Shown here one piece after another: positions 11,290-22,074 of a stretch of 64,000 nt of DNA. The notes under the pieces are model-generated. The model saw nothing but the letters and a program-made list of their open reading frames with translations, was not told where the DNA came from and did no database searches. The position numbers and the translations under genes were made by a program. The stretch comes from an uncultured delta proteobacterium. GTDB taxonomy: Bacteria > Myxococcota > Myxococcia > Myxococcales > Myxococcaceae. The DNA lies in NCBI GenBank assembly GCA_963771175.1, contig CAVYSY010000052.1, positions 1 to 64,000 on the forward strand. The letters run 5' to 3'. The stretch's first letter is position 1; each line of letters begins with the position of its first letter.

Positions 11290-13036
11290 GTGAGGAGGAG
11301 GTCCGACGTGTACAGGTTTGACTCACGCGGCTGGCGCGCGGTGCTGTCGGGCGCGCTCTGCGCGTTTCTGCTCGCCGGCTGCACCAGCGACGAGCTGCCA
11401 CGAGCGAAGGTATTGCCCGCCGACGACCCCGGGGTGACGCCCACGGAGGAGCCCGGCAACCCGGCGTGCCAGGGCCCGAGGGACCCCGGCCACGTCACCC
11501 TGCACCGGCTCAACCGCGCCGAGTACGACAACACGGTGCGCGACCTGCTGGGGGACACCACGCGCCCGGCGCGCGACTTCCCCGCGGACGACCACGGCTA
11601 CGGCTTCGACAACAACGCGGACGTGCTCAGCCTGGCGCCGCTGCTGATGGAGAAGTACGCGGCCGCGGCGGAGAAGCTGGTGGAGGCCACGTGGAAGCAG
11701 GACGCCACCCGGACTCCACCGCTCGTGCGCACCTGCGCGCCCGACCCGGCGGACCCGCTGCCCTGCGCACGCAAATCCTCGCAGCGCTTCGCCCGCCGCG
11801 CCTGGCGCCGGCCCGTCACCCAGACCGAGGTGGAGCGGCTGACGGGCTTCCTCGCGCTGGCGAAGGCGCGCGGAGACGGCTTCGACGCCGGCGTGAAGCT
11901 GGCGCTGCGCGCGGTGCTCGTCTCGCCGCACTTCCTCTTCCGCGTCGAGCTGGACCCCGAACCCGACCTCGACGGCGCCGCACCCGCTGAACGACCACGA
12001 GCTGGCGAGCGCGGCTCTCGTACTTCCTCTGGAGCAGCATGCCGGACGAGGCGCTGCTCGCGGCGGCCGACGCGGGCACGCTGCACGGAGCCGGAGGAGC
12101 TGGAGCGGCAGGTGCGCCGGATGCTCGCGGACCCGAAGGCCCAGGCGCTGGTGGACAACTTCGCCGGGCAGTGGCTGTACACGCGCGCGCTCGACCCGGC
12201 GCAGCCCGGACCCGCTGCTCTACCCGCCTTCGACGACGGACTGCGCGAGGCCATGCGCCAGGAGACGGAGCTCGTCTTCCGCGAGCTTCCTCTACGGCGA
12301 CCGCCCGGCGCGGGACCTGCTGGACGCGGACTTCACCTATCGTGAATGACCGGCTCGCCGCGGCACTACGGCCTGCCACCGCCGGGCACGAACGAGCATG
12401 CGGCGGGTGAGCCTGCGGGACGCCCGGAGCGCTCGGGCCTGTTCGGGCAGGGCTCCATCCTCGCCGTCACCTCGCACCCGGACCGCACCTCGCCGGTGAA
12501 GCGCGGGCTGTGGGTGCTGGAGCAGCTGCTCTGCAAGGCGCCGCCACCGCCGCCGCCCAACGTGGAGGGCCTGCCACCGCCGGTGGACCCGAAGATGGGC
12601 ATCAAACAGCGCATGGCCCTGCACAGCAGCAACCCGGCATGCGCGGGGTGCCACGTGATGATGGACCCCATCGGCTACGGGATGGAGAACTTCGACGTGG
12701 TGGGGAAGTGGCGCGTGAAGGAGGAGGTGAGCGGCGCCGCGGTGGACCCGAGCGGGGAGCTGCCCGGAGCCATCCACTTCAAGGACGGCGTCGGAACTGC
12801 GCGCCATCCTCAAGGCGGACCCGGGGCTGAACGTGTGCATCGCCCAGCACCTGCTCACCTACGGGCTGGGGCGCGGGCCGACGAGCGCGGACGCCTGCAC
12901 GCTGGAGGACATCACCCAGAAGGCCGAGGCGCGCGGAGGCCGACTGTCGGACCTCCTGCTGACCATCACCCAGAGCGAGGCCTTCACGCACCGCCGGGGA
13001 GAGGCGGGGGGCTCGAACGTGGAGGGAGAGCAATGA
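11290..13036 (+). CDS. DUF1592-family multidomain lipoprotein (DUF1587/1595/1592/1588/1585), frameshifted
   Basis: LLAGC lipobox, RLNRAEYDNTVRDL, SPHFLFR, NFAGQWL, RTSPVKRGLWV, CAGCH..MDPIG. Confidence 0.9.
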
Positions 13037-14367
13037 AGGACCACAAGCTGTCACGGCGGACGCTGCTGCGAGGCCTGGGGGCGCTGATGGCGCTGCCGAT
13101 GCTGGAGCAGATGGTGCCCTCGGTGGCCCGAGCGGCGGAGCCCGGGGCCACGCCGCGCCGCTTGGCCGTCTTCTACGTGCCCTGCGGCATCAACATGCAG
13201 CAATGGACGCCCAAGGGCACGGGGCGCGAGTGGACGCTGTCGCCCACCCTGCAGCCCCTGGCGCCGGTGAAGAATGACGTGCTGGTGCTCTCCGGGCTGT
13301 CGCACGAGCCGGGACGGCCGGACCGGTTCGGCCACCACGCGGCGGGCACGGGCGCCTTCCTCTCGTGCGTGAAGATCCGCCATACGGACGAGATCTCCGA
13401 CATCCTCGCCGGCACCTCGATGGACCAGCTGGCCGCCAAGGCGCTGCGGCCCTTCACGCGCCTGCGCTCGCTGGAGCTGGGCAACGACGGAGGCGACGGG
13501 ACGGGCTCGTGCGATGCCAACTTCAGCTGCGCCTACGCGCGCAACATCGCCTGGTCGGGGCCCACCTCGCCGGTGGCCAAGGAGACGAACCCGCAGGACG
13601 TGTTCGACCGACTCTTCGCGGGCTTCGACCCGGACGCGACGCGGGCGCAGATTGAAAAGCGCAAGGCCTACGAGCAGAGCATCCTGGACTTCGTGCGCGA
13701 GGACGCACAGGCGCTGAAGCAGCGACTGGGCACGAGGGACCAGCGGAAGCTGGAGGAGTACTTCACCAGCGTGCGCGAGCTGGAGCTGCGGGTGGCGGCG
13801 CTCGACCAGCAGGCGCCCACGTGCTCGAAGGGGCCGAGGCCCGAGCGCACGGAGGACGTGCGCGAGAAGACGAAGGTGATGTGCGACCTGATGGTGCTCG
13901 CCTTCCAGTGCGACCTGACACGGGTGGCGACCTTCATGCTGGGCAACGGGCGCAGCGACCGGGTGTACGACTTCCTCGGGCTGACGAGCGGGCACCACAC
14001 GTACTCGCACCACCAGCACGTACCGGAGAACCTCGCGGCGCTGGCGAAGATCGACCGCTGGGAGATGGAGCAGTTCAGCTACCTGGTGCAGCGGATGAAG
14101 TCGGTGCGGGAGGGCGAGGGGACGCTGCTGGACAACTCGCTGGTGTACTTCGGCAGCGAGGTGGCGGACGGGAACTCGCACGGGCACTCGGACATGCCGG
14201 TGGTGCTGGCGGGGCGCGGCGGGGGCGCGGTGACGCCGGGGCGGCACCTGCGCTACGGCGGAAAGCCGATCGCCAACCTGTTCATCTCGATGCTGCAGTC
14301 GGTGGGCGTGGACGTGGACAGCCTCGGAGACGACGGCACGGGGCCACTCGCGAACCTCAAGGAGTGA
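13033..14367 (+). CDS. DUF1552 domain protein (Tat-exported)
   Basis: LSRRTLLRG Tat motif, SMDQ, LAFQCDLTRV, HHTYSHH, TLLDNS; usual partner of DUF1592. Confidence 0.9.
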   Translation: MKDHKLSRRTLLRGLGALMALPMLEQMVPSVARAAEPGATPRRLAVFYVPCGINMQQWTPKGTGREWTLSPTLQPLAPVKNDVLVLSGLSHEPGRPDRFGHHAAGTGAFLSCVKIRHTDEISDILAGTSMDQLAAKALRPFTRLRSLELGNDGGDGTGSCDANFSCAYARNIAWSGPTSPVAKETNPQDVFDRLFAGFDPDATRAQIEKRKAYEQSILDFVREDAQALKQRLGTRDQRKLEEYFTSVRELELRVAALDQQAPTCSKGPRPERTEDVREKTKVMCDLMVLAFQCDLTRVATFMLGNGRSDRVYDFLGLTSGHHTYSHHQHVPENLAALAKIDRWEMEQFSYLVQRMKSVREGEGTLLDNSLVYFGSEVADGNSHGHSDMPVVLAGRGGGAVTPGRHLRYGGKPIANLFISMLQSVGVDVDSLGDDGTGPLANLKE

Positions 14368-14371
14368 GGCC

Positions 14372-15284
14372 TCAATCGAGGAAGCGGCGCGCCCAGCGGC
14401 GCCTGTCCTCTGGAGGGAAGTCGGTTTGGAACTTGGGGCCCTCGTAGAGCCAGGGCTCCAGCACGCGCGCCAGCTCGCGGTAGGCCGGCAGCGTGCGGCC
14501 CTGCTCGGTGTCACCCGCGTCCGGCCACTCCCCCAGTGTCACCACCGCCCGGTCCCCCTCCAATTCCTGCACGGTGGTGCCCGGTGAGTGCAGCCGTGAG
14601 CGCAATGTCTCCACGCCTCCCAGCTCGCCCAACACCGGCTGGCCCAGGAAGGTCAGCCACGAGGGGCCTCGTACCCGAGTACCGATGTTGTACGCGTAGG
14701 ACATCACGTCGGGGATGTCCATGCCCGGGTAGCGGAAGCACCGGTCGCGGATTTCCTTCGGCAATCCCCCTGCGCCATTCGGGCCCAGGAAGGCCAGTCC
14801 CACGTTGCCAGAACACAAGGGCAGTGGGGCAGCCAGTTCCAGTGCCAGCTCGCGCACCCGCCCCGGACCGTGCGCCTCCAGGTACTCCGTGGGCAACCAG
14901 AACGAGGCCACGCATGCAAAGAGTTCAGAGCCTGGCCACTCAGGGTCGTCGATCCGCCGGCCCATATATTCGAACCGATACCGTTCTGGGCCCTCCGGTC
15001 TAGCCTCCTCTAGAATGACGCGAGGCCAGGGATGCTCCAACAGATTGCGCCGATTGAAGGCCCACCCCTCCGAGTCCAGTATCCAATCGTCCCCCTCATC
15101 GTCCACGTAGACGCCGAAATTCTCCGCGCCTACCGCATGCAGGTAGGTGTCCATCGAGCGCATCACCGCTCGCGCCATCTGGGTGTGCGGCCGGCGCATG
15201 TAGAAGTCCAGCCGCAAGCCCGCATGTATCCAGTAGCCCCTGGATTCCGTGCGGAGGCGGATTCTTCGGATAACGCTCGCTCAC
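14372..15284 (-). CDS. DUF3396 (TsiV-like) immunity protein, frameshift near 5' end
   Basis: FWLPTEYLE.HGP..VRELALELA, RYPGMD, WLTFLG, LPAYRELARVLEP, WARRFLD. Confidence 0.85.
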
Positions 15285-16087
15285 CAGAAGACTCCTTTCC
15301 GGGGGCCGATGAGTTCGACCACCGTCCCGAATGCTTCCTCATAGATAGTGCCTTGGAGTTCACCCGCGTAGCGGTGTCCTGGGGGGTACCTCCTCCACTC
15401 GGGCTGCTCGTAGAAATTCACGCACCGGAACTTGAAGTCATAGACGGCCAGTACCTGGAGCGGGTCTCCCGTGTGGATGACCACATCGGGCTCCAGCGTC
15501 CCCTTCAGGTCCTCGCCTCCCTTTTTCAGCAGGGCCGCCTTCTCCTCGGGGCTGATGAGCGACTTCTCCTTCGTCGTCCTGTTGAAACGGTAGCGCGGTT
15601 TGAGGCTGAAGCCTCCCGGGCGCATCCCGTTCAGCTTCGCCTCCGCGCACTTCAAGGCCGCCTCGTGCATCTCCAGCCCGAGTCTGATCGCCCACGTCAC
15701 GCTCCTGCCCGTCGCGTCGACCGTGAATGACTTGCACTCATGCGCGTTGGGGATCGGACCCTCGAATGTCCCCTGGTGCCGCAACAGCACCTCGGTACGG
15801 GCCATGTCGGCGCATTGATCCATCGCCTGCTTGATGGAGGCCTTCGCCTCGCTGTCCAACACCTTCAGCGCCGCGGCCACGGAGAGCACGGCTTCGCCCA
15901 CCGTCGTCCGCACCGACCCACTGCCCACCTCCCTCCCCGCCAGGGTGGCGCAATAGGCGGGGTTCCGCAGACAGCGAGCGCTCAACGTGTCGTTGGCATA
16001 ATACCCCGGGACGCCACGGCCGGGCATGCTCACACAAGCGCCAAGCCATACGCAGCAACCGAGCACCCACCCTGACTGAAGTCGCAT
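15281..16087 (-). CDS. Lipoprotein with PD-(D/E)xK nuclease-like toxin domain (copy 2)
   Basis: WLGAC lipobox; EPDVVIH...VYDFKF; close paralog of 10216-11031. Confidence 0.7.
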   Translation of the reverse strand: MRLQSGWVLGCCVWLGACVSMPGRGVPGYYANDTLSARCLRNPAYCATLAGREVGSGSVRTTVGEAVLSVAAALKVLDSEAKASIKQAMDQCADMARTEVLLRHQGTFEGPIPNAHECKSFTVDATGRSVTWAIRLGLEMHEAALKCAEAKLNGMRPGGFSLKPRYRFNRTTKEKSLISPEEKAALLKKGGEDLKGTLEPDVVIHTGDPLQVLAVYDFKFRCVNFYEQPEWRRYPPGHRYAGELQGTIYEEAFGTVVELIGPRKGVFW

Positions 16088-16189
16088 GCCCCCTCCCTGG
16101 CCCGAGCGGCTCGCGCGGGGTGTCCTCCATGGTGCATCCTTGCCTGGAACCGAGCTCGCGTCGAAGTGTTGCAGCGAGAGGAGCCCACC

Positions 16190-16765
16190 ATGATTTCAAG
16201 GAAGTTCCACCTGCTCGCCCTGTCGCTGACCTGCCTGGCGGCGGGGGCCACGGGGTGCGGCGACAGCGAAGCCGCCACGAAAACCACCACGGATACCAGC
16301 GACAGCTCCGCCCTCGCCAAGGAGATGCTCGCCGCGCACAACCAGGTGCGGGCGAGCGCGAAGCCCTCGCCACAGCCGGCCCTGCCGCCACTCACATGGT
16401 CACCGGAGGCCGCCAGCGTGGCGCGGGCCTGGGCCAACGAGTGCAAGTTCGAGCACAACCCCAACCGGGGCAATTACGGGGAGAACCTCGCCGCCGCGGC
16501 GCCACCGGACTCGAAGACGAACCAGGGGACGGTGATGGACTGGGCCTCCGAGGCGGCGAACTACTCGTACTCGGGCAACACGTGCGCGCCGGGCAAGGTG
16601 TGCGGCCACTACACGCAAGTGGTGTGGCGCAACACGACGCAGGTGGGGTGCGCGACGGTCATCTGCACGAAGAACTCGCCCTTCGGCGCGCAGTTCCCCA
16701 AGTGGCAACTCTGGGTGTGCGACTACGCGCCGCCGGGCAACTACGTGGGCGAGAAGCCCTACTGA
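16190..16765 (+). CDS. CAP/SCP (PR-1-like) domain lipoprotein
   Basis: HNQVRA, YGENL, CGHYTQVVW, VCDYAPPGNY; ATGC lipobox. Confidence 0.93.
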   Translation: MISRKFHLLALSLTCLAAGATGCGDSEAATKTTTDTSDSSALAKEMLAAHNQVRASAKPSPQPALPPLTWSPEAASVARAWANECKFEHNPNRGNYGENLAAAAPPDSKTNQGTVMDWASEAANYSYSGNTCAPGKVCGHYTQVVWRNTTQVGCATVICTKNSPFGAQFPKWQLWVCDYAPPGNYVGEKPY

Positions 16766-16768
16766 ACC

Positions 16769-17623
16769 TCACTGCTTCAGATGTTCGGCCAGGAAGCCCT
16801 TCACCTGCTCCCAGGCGGCGGCGGAGGCCTCGGCGTTGTAGCGCTCCGGGGACGAGGGGTTCGCGAAGGCGTGCGGCGCGTCGTACTTCAGGGTGCGGTG
16901 CGCCACCCCGGCGTCCGACAGCGCCTCGTCGAACTCCTCCACCATGTCGTTGGGGATGGACTCGTCCTTCGTGCCGAAGATGGCCAGCACCGGCGCCTTG
17001 ATGGACTTGAGCTCCTCCACGTCCAGCACCGGCCGCCCGTAGTACATGACCACCGCGTCCAGCTCCGGGATGGACATGCCCGCGCGCAGCGACCAGCCAC
17101 CGCCGAAGCACCAGCCGATGACGCCCGTGCGCGTCGACTGCACCCGCATGTCCGTCATCAGGAACTGGTGCGCCGCCCGGAGGAGCTCCACCGAGCGCTG
17201 CGGGTCCACCGTCTTCATCGCGGCCATGGCCTCCTCGGGCGTGGTGGCCACCTTGCCGCCGTACAGGTCCACCGCCAGCGCCGCGTAGCCCTGGGCCGCC
17301 AGCCGATCCGCCCAGTGCATGATGTGCTCGTTGAGCCCCCACCACTCGTGGATGACGAGCACTCCCGGCACGGGCGTGCTCACGTTCTCCGGCAGGCTCA
17401 GGTAGGCCCGCGCGCCTCCCACCTCCAGCATCTGCCCCTTGCGAGGCGGCGCCGCCTCCGTCTTCAGCTCGTGCAGGGCCTGGAACTCCTGCTCCGTCAG
17501 CCCGCCCAGCGCCTCGAGCCGCGCCCCCGTGTTGCCCTTCGCCGCCCCCTGCTTCGTCGCACAACCACTCAGGGTGAGCAGCACCACCGCCCAGCCCAGC
17601 ATCGTCCGCAGGCTCATTCGCAT
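16769..17623 (-). CDS. Dienelactone hydrolase family lipoprotein
   Basis: IHEWWGLN, GWCFGGG, HAFAN; LSGC lipobox. Confidence 0.93.
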   Translation of the reverse strand: MRMSLRTMLGWAVVLLTLSGCATKQGAAKGNTGARLEALGGLTEQEFQALHELKTEAAPPRKGQMLEVGGARAYLSLPENVSTPVPGVLVIHEWWGLNEHIMHWADRLAAQGYAALAVDLYGGKVATTPEEAMAAMKTVDPQRSVELLRAAHQFLMTDMRVQSTRTGVIGWCFGGGWSLRAGMSIPELDAVVMYYGRPVLDVEELKSIKAPVLAIFGTKDESIPNDMVEEFDEALSDAGVAHRTLKYDAPHAFANPSSPERYNAEASAAAWEQVKGFLAEHLKQ

Positions 17624-17805
17624 CCTCTCCTCCGGGCCCGCCCACGGGCCCGCGAGCACTCCGGGCGTAGCGCGCTCCCCCCGCCCACGCCAGGGCTCGC
17701 CGCGAGGGACGTCGGGTGGAAGAAAGACGACGGGCCACCCGGCACCCCACCCCGACGAGGGGCGGGACCAGATGGCCCGCGGACAACAGTCCGGACGCGC
17801 TCGGA

Positions 17806-18585
17806 CTACTTCTTCGTCGGCTCACCCGCCGGCTGGCCGGCCGGCTGACCGCCCGGCTGACCGCCCGGATGGCCGGGCATGCCCGGCATACCCGGAGGCG
17901 GCTCGTTCTTCTGCACCTCCAGCAGCTCCACCTCGAACACCAGCGCCGAGCCGCCCGGGATGCCCGGGGTGCCGCGGTCGCCGTAGGCCAGGTCGGACGG
18001 GCACACCAGCTTGGCCTTGCCGCCCACCTTCATCTTCTGCACACCCTCGGTCCAGCAGCGGATGACGCCGTTGAGCGGGAACTGGGCCGGCTCATTGCGC
18101 TTGTAGGAGCTGTCGAACTCCTTGCCGTCCGGCAGCGTGCCCCGGTAGTTCACCTTCACCATGTCGGTGGGGCCGGGCTGCGCGCCGGTGCCCTCCTGCA
18201 GCGACTTGTAGATGAGGCCGGACTCGGTCTTCTCCGCGCCCTGCTCCTTGGCCGCCTGCTCCAGGAAGGCCTTGGACTTCTCCTTCTCCTTGGTCGCGCG
18301 GGCGGTGGAGCGCGTACGGGCCAGCTCGGAGAGCTTCGGCCCGAAGGTCTGGATGTCCACCGCGGGCTCCTTGCCGAGCACCTGCGCATCCAGGCCGGCC
18401 TTCACGTACGCCAGCTCCTCCGGCGTCATGTCGAAGAGCTGAATCTGCCGCCCCAGGGAGAGCCCGAGCGCGTAGAACGTCTTCTGCTCGTCCGTCTGCG
18501 GGGGGGCCCCGGCCGTGTCCTTCGCGCCCTCCTGCTTGCAGCCCGCCACGGCGAGCACCAACGCCATCACGAGAATCTTCCGCAT
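17806..18585 (-). CDS. FKBP-type peptidyl-prolyl isomerase (FkpA/Mip-like) lipoprotein
   Basis: VKVNYRGTL.DGKEFDSSY, VIRCWTEG, LVFEVELL; GQP-repeat tail. Confidence 0.95.
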   Translation of the reverse strand: MRKILVMALVLAVAGCKQEGAKDTAGAPPQTDEQKTFYALGLSLGRQIQLFDMTPEELAYVKAGLDAQVLGKEPAVDIQTFGPKLSELARTRSTARATKEKEKSKAFLEQAAKEQGAEKTESGLIYKSLQEGTGAQPGPTDMVKVNYRGTLPDGKEFDSSYKRNEPAQFPLNGVIRCWTEGVQKMKVGGKAKLVCPSDLAYGDRGTPGIPGGSALVFEVELLEVQKNEPPPGMPGMPGHPGGQPGGQPAGQPAGEPTKK

Positions 18586-18708
18586 GTCTCCTGCCTTTCG
18601 ATGACCAGGGCAGCGAGCGCTGCCTCTGCCGGCGCCCTTATACAAAAGAACAGGCCGAACCGTCCCCCGGACGGAGCATCCTTCTCTTTTCTGGAGGTCC
18701 GGGTCAGG

Positions 18709-20100
18709 TCAGGCCCCGGCGCGCAGCCGGTCGAGCTCGCGCCGGTAACGAGCCAGCAGGGAGTCCTCGGAGGGGTGGTGCCGCTCGCGCACCACGAAGC
18801 GCCCGGCCACCAGGACGTCGCGGACGCAGTCGCTCCCACTGGCGAAGACATAGGAGTCGAGGAGCTCATCCCGTGTGCGCCCGTAGAGCTTGGGGTGCTC
18901 CGAGTCGAGGACGACGAGGTCGGCCGGGGCGCCCACCTGAAGCCCGGGAGCGGACAGCCCCAGCGCCCGGGCCCCTCCGGCCACGGCGGCGCGGTAGAGT
19001 CCCGCCCCCACCGAGTCCTCCGCGCCCACCCGCAGCACGTTGCGGCGCCGTGCCACCAGCCGCTGGCCGTACTCCAGCAGGCGCAGCTCCTCCGGCGCGC
19101 AGACGCTGATGTGGCTGTCCGAGCCGATGCCGAACACGCCCCGCTGGCGCAGGTACTCCACCGCGGGGAAGAGGCCGTCGCCCAGGTTGGCCTCCGTCGT
19201 CGGGCACAGGCCGGCCACGGCACCACTGGCGGCCAGCCGTGTCACCTCCTCGTGCGACAGGTGCGTGGCGTGCACCAGGCACCACCGCGAGTCCACCGGC
19301 ACGTGGTTCAACAACCACTGCACCGGGCGCTCACCGCTCCAGGCCAGGCACTCCTCCACCTCCTTCATCTGCTCGGCGATGTGGATGTGGAGCGGCGCCC
19401 GCGCGTCCAGCGAATTCAGTCCGGCGAGGGCCTCGTGCAGCTCCTCGGGCGTCACGGCGCGCAGCGAGTGCAGCGCCAGGCCCACGCGCACCGAGGGCTC
19501 CGCCGCCGTCGCCCGCCGCACGGACTCCACCACGCCCAGCAACCCCTCCACCGAGTGGAGGAAGCGCTTCTGTCCCCCGGTGGGGGCACGTCCGCCGAAG
19601 CCCCCGTGGGCGTAGAGCGTGGGCAGGTGCGTCAGCCGGATGCCCGTCTCTCGCGCGGCGGCGACGATGCGGTGCGAGGTCTCCGCGCGGTCGGCGTACG
19701 GCGTCCCCTCCTGGTCATGGTGGAGGTAGTGGAACTCGGCGACGGAGGTGTAGCCGGCCTTCAGCATCTCCAGGTACAGGAGCGCGGCCACCGCCTGCAC
19801 GCCCTCCGGGGTGAAGCGGGCGAGGAAGCGGTACATGGTGTCCCGCCACGACCAGAAGTCGTCCTCGGCGCCACCGGCCCGCTCGGCCAGCCCGGCCATG
19901 GCGCGCTGGAAGGCATGGGAGTGCAGGTTGGGCAGCCCCGGCACCACCGGTCCCCGGGCCTGCTCGCCCTCGGGCCGCGCCCCGCGCTCCACCGCGGTGA
20001 TGACGCCCCGGTCATCGAACCGGAGCAGGACGTCCTCCGCCCAACCGTCCGCCAGCAGCACGGAGCGGCAGAACAAGCTCATCTCACGATTCATGGCCAC
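18709..20100 (-). CDS. hutF: Formimidoylglutamate deiminase
   Basis: NLHSHAFQRAMAG, AEFHYLHH, HIHIAEQ, CPTTEANLGDG, IGSDSH. Confidence 0.95.
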   Translation of the reverse strand: MAMNREMSLFCRSVLLADGWAEDVLLRFDDRGVITAVERGARPEGEQARGPVVPGLPNLHSHAFQRAMAGLAERAGGAEDDFWSWRDTMYRFLARFTPEGVQAVAALLYLEMLKAGYTSVAEFHYLHHDQEGTPYADRAETSHRIVAAARETGIRLTHLPTLYAHGGFGGRAPTGGQKRFLHSVEGLLGVVESVRRATAAEPSVRVGLALHSLRAVTPEELHEALAGLNSLDARAPLHIHIAEQMKEVEECLAWSGERPVQWLLNHVPVDSRWCLVHATHLSHEEVTRLAASGAVAGLCPTTEANLGDGLFPAVEYLRQRGVFGIGSDSHISVCAPEELRLLEYGQRLVARRRNVLRVGAEDSVGAGLYRAAVAGGARALGLSAPGLQVGAPADLVVLDSEHPKLYGRTRDELLDSYVFASGSDCVRDVLVAGRFVVRERHHPSEDSLLARYRRELDRLRAGA

Positions 20101-20109
20101 TCCTCGCGC

Positions 20110-20907
20110 TCAGGGACGACCGCCGGTGCGGGCGAAGTCGGCCAGCACCTCGACGAAGCGCCGGAGCACGGGCCGGAGGGCCGCCGCACGCTCCTCGCGG
20201 AAGGTGAAGGGCGCGTCCTCGTCCATGTAGTTGCACTGGGCCATCTCGAGCTGCACGGCGTGGTAGCCGGTGATGGGCCGCCCGTAGTGGCGGGTGATGT
20301 GGCCGCCCTTGAAGCGGCCGTTGAGGACGTGCGAGTAGCCGCTCGTGGCGCACGTGGCCACCAGCCGCTCGGTGACCTCCGGCGCGATGCTCCGCCCGTC
20401 CGCGGTGCCGAGGTTGAGGTCGGGCAGGCGCCCCTCGAACAGTCGCGGGACGACCGAGCGGATGGAGTGCGCCTCGAGCAGCACCGCGATTCCATGCCGC
20501 GCGTGGAAGCCGGCCAGCGTCCGCTCCAGGCACTCGTGGTAGGGACGCCAGTACGTCTCCAGGCGCGCCTTGCGCTCGGCGGGCTGGGGCACCTGACCGG
20601 GGCGGTAGAGCGGGCGCCCATCGAAGAGCGTCTCGGGGAAGAGGCCGGTCGTCGCGGTGGCGTAGAGCGGCGTGTCGTCCGGCGGGCGGTTGAGGTCGAT
20701 GGTGTAGCGCGAGTAGCGGGCCACCAGCACGCTGGCGCCCACCTCCTCGAGGAAGTCGTAGAGGAGTGGCAGGTGCCAGTCGGTGTCCGGGAGGCTTTGG
20801 GCCTCGTCGGTGAGGCGCTCGCGCAGCCCCTCGGGGAGCTGGGTGCCCACATGGGGCATGCTGACGAGTAACGGGATGCGTCCCGGCGTGAAGAGGTAGG
20901 GCTCCAT
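20110..20907 (-). CDS. hutG: N-formylglutamate deformylase
   Basis: SMPHVG, DTDWH, DLNR, HSIRS, NGRFKGG, HAVQLE; adjacent to hutF. Confidence 0.95.
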   Translation of the reverse strand: MEPYLFTPGRIPLLVSMPHVGTQLPEGLRERLTDEAQSLPDTDWHLPLLYDFLEEVGASVLVARYSRYTIDLNRPPDDTPLYATATTGLFPETLFDGRPLYRPGQVPQPAERKARLETYWRPYHECLERTLAGFHARHGIAVLLEAHSIRSVVPRLFEGRLPDLNLGTADGRSIAPEVTERLVATCATSGYSHVLNGRFKGGHITRHYGRPITGYHAVQLEMAQCNYMDEDAPFTFREERAAALRPVLRRFVEVLADFARTGGRP

Positions 20908-21207
20908 GGGCCTCGATGCGTACGCGGAGAGGGGGGCGAGTCTACGAGAGGGGCGGGGAGGATGCCCAGCCATCCGCGCCTGGTTCAGAGCGGGTCCAGG
21001 CACAGCCCGGGCACCTGAAGCTCACGGACGCGGTGCCCTCCGGCACGCACTGAGGCTCGCCCCTCCGAGACACACCGCCCGCTCGCCTGCCCACCGGGCC
21101 CACCACCGTGCCCTCCGGTCGGATGGCGGCGAGCTTCCCGCATGCCCATCGTGCCCCGAAGCGAAGCACCGCGCCTGGAGAGCGTGGAGCCACGCGGGCG
21201 GAGGGGG

Positions 21208-21942
21208 ATGATGATGGCACGGGCGGGAGTGGGCGCGCTGCTGATCGCGGGGCTGCTGGCGGGAGCGGAGGCCGAGGCGGCCGAGACGAAGCAGGGCCAC
21301 GGCTGGGACATCACGGTGGAGGCCAACACGGACTTCCCGCTGTCGCTGGGCGGGAGGGTGGGCATCGAGTCCCCGGGGCGCCTGCGCCTGTCGACGTCAC
21401 TGGGCTTCCTGCCGGAGCTCTACCTCCAGGGGTTGAACGAGGTGGCCATCTCCCTGGACGCCTACGACCGGAGGCGGGCGGACCTCATCGAGAGCACGCT
21501 GAAGAGCTCGCTGGTGTGGCGCACGCACCTGGGCTGGAGGCCCTTCCCTGGCGCGGGCTTCTACGTGGAGGGCGGCTATGGGCTGGTGGCGCTCGGCGGC
21601 GAGGCGAACCCGGAGACGGTGCTGGTGGCGCTCACGGGCATCGAGCCCCCCTTCGGCGAGTCCGTGCTCGAGCGCGAGTACGACGTGCGCTCGCAGCTGC
21701 ACATGGTGGACGTGGAGCTGGGCTGGCGCTGGGGACTGGGCTCGGGGTTGACGGCGCGCACCGCGCTGGGCGGGGCCTTCACCCTGGACTCCAACAGCCG
21801 CGTGGAGCCCCAGTTCGAGCCGAGCAATCCGCTGCTCGTCACCGCCTTCTCCCGCCTCGCCGAGGGCTACCTGGACGACACCTTCGAGAAGTACGTCCAG
21901 CTGATGCCGGTCATCACCTTCTCCATCGGCTACGCCTTCTGA
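21208..21942 (+). CDS. Putative outer-membrane beta-barrel protein
   Basis: Signal peptide, alternating beta strands, C-terminal IGYAF. Confidence 0.6.
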   Translation: MMMARAGVGALLIAGLLAGAEAEAAETKQGHGWDITVEANTDFPLSLGGRVGIESPGRLRLSTSLGFLPELYLQGLNEVAISLDAYDRRRADLIESTLKSSLVWRTHLGWRPFPGAGFYVEGGYGLVALGGEANPETVLVALTGIEPPFGESVLEREYDVRSQLHMVDVELGWRWGLGSGLTARTALGGAFTLDSNSRVEPQFEPSNPLLVTAFSRLAEGYLDDTFEKYVQLMPVITFSIGYAF

Positions 21943-22074
21943 GGTGACGGCCGAGGGCGGGTGGTGGAGAATGACCCGTGGCGTCAGCCGACGTGAGGGG
22001 TTACAACTTGACACCTGACCCGGACTCATGGCTAAATCCCGGATAGTCGTAATTTGGCTTAATTTGGGTGAACC

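Noticed and set aside
12346..14367. 673-aa DUF1588-DUF1552 fusion
   Set aside because: Frameshift artefact; DUF1552 has its own RBS and Tat start at 13033
17716..20871. 1051-aa plus-strand ORF and similar long antisense ORFs (50085-52880, 29575-31197, 54215-55837)
   Set aside because: Shadow ORFs opposite well-supported genes in high-GC DNA
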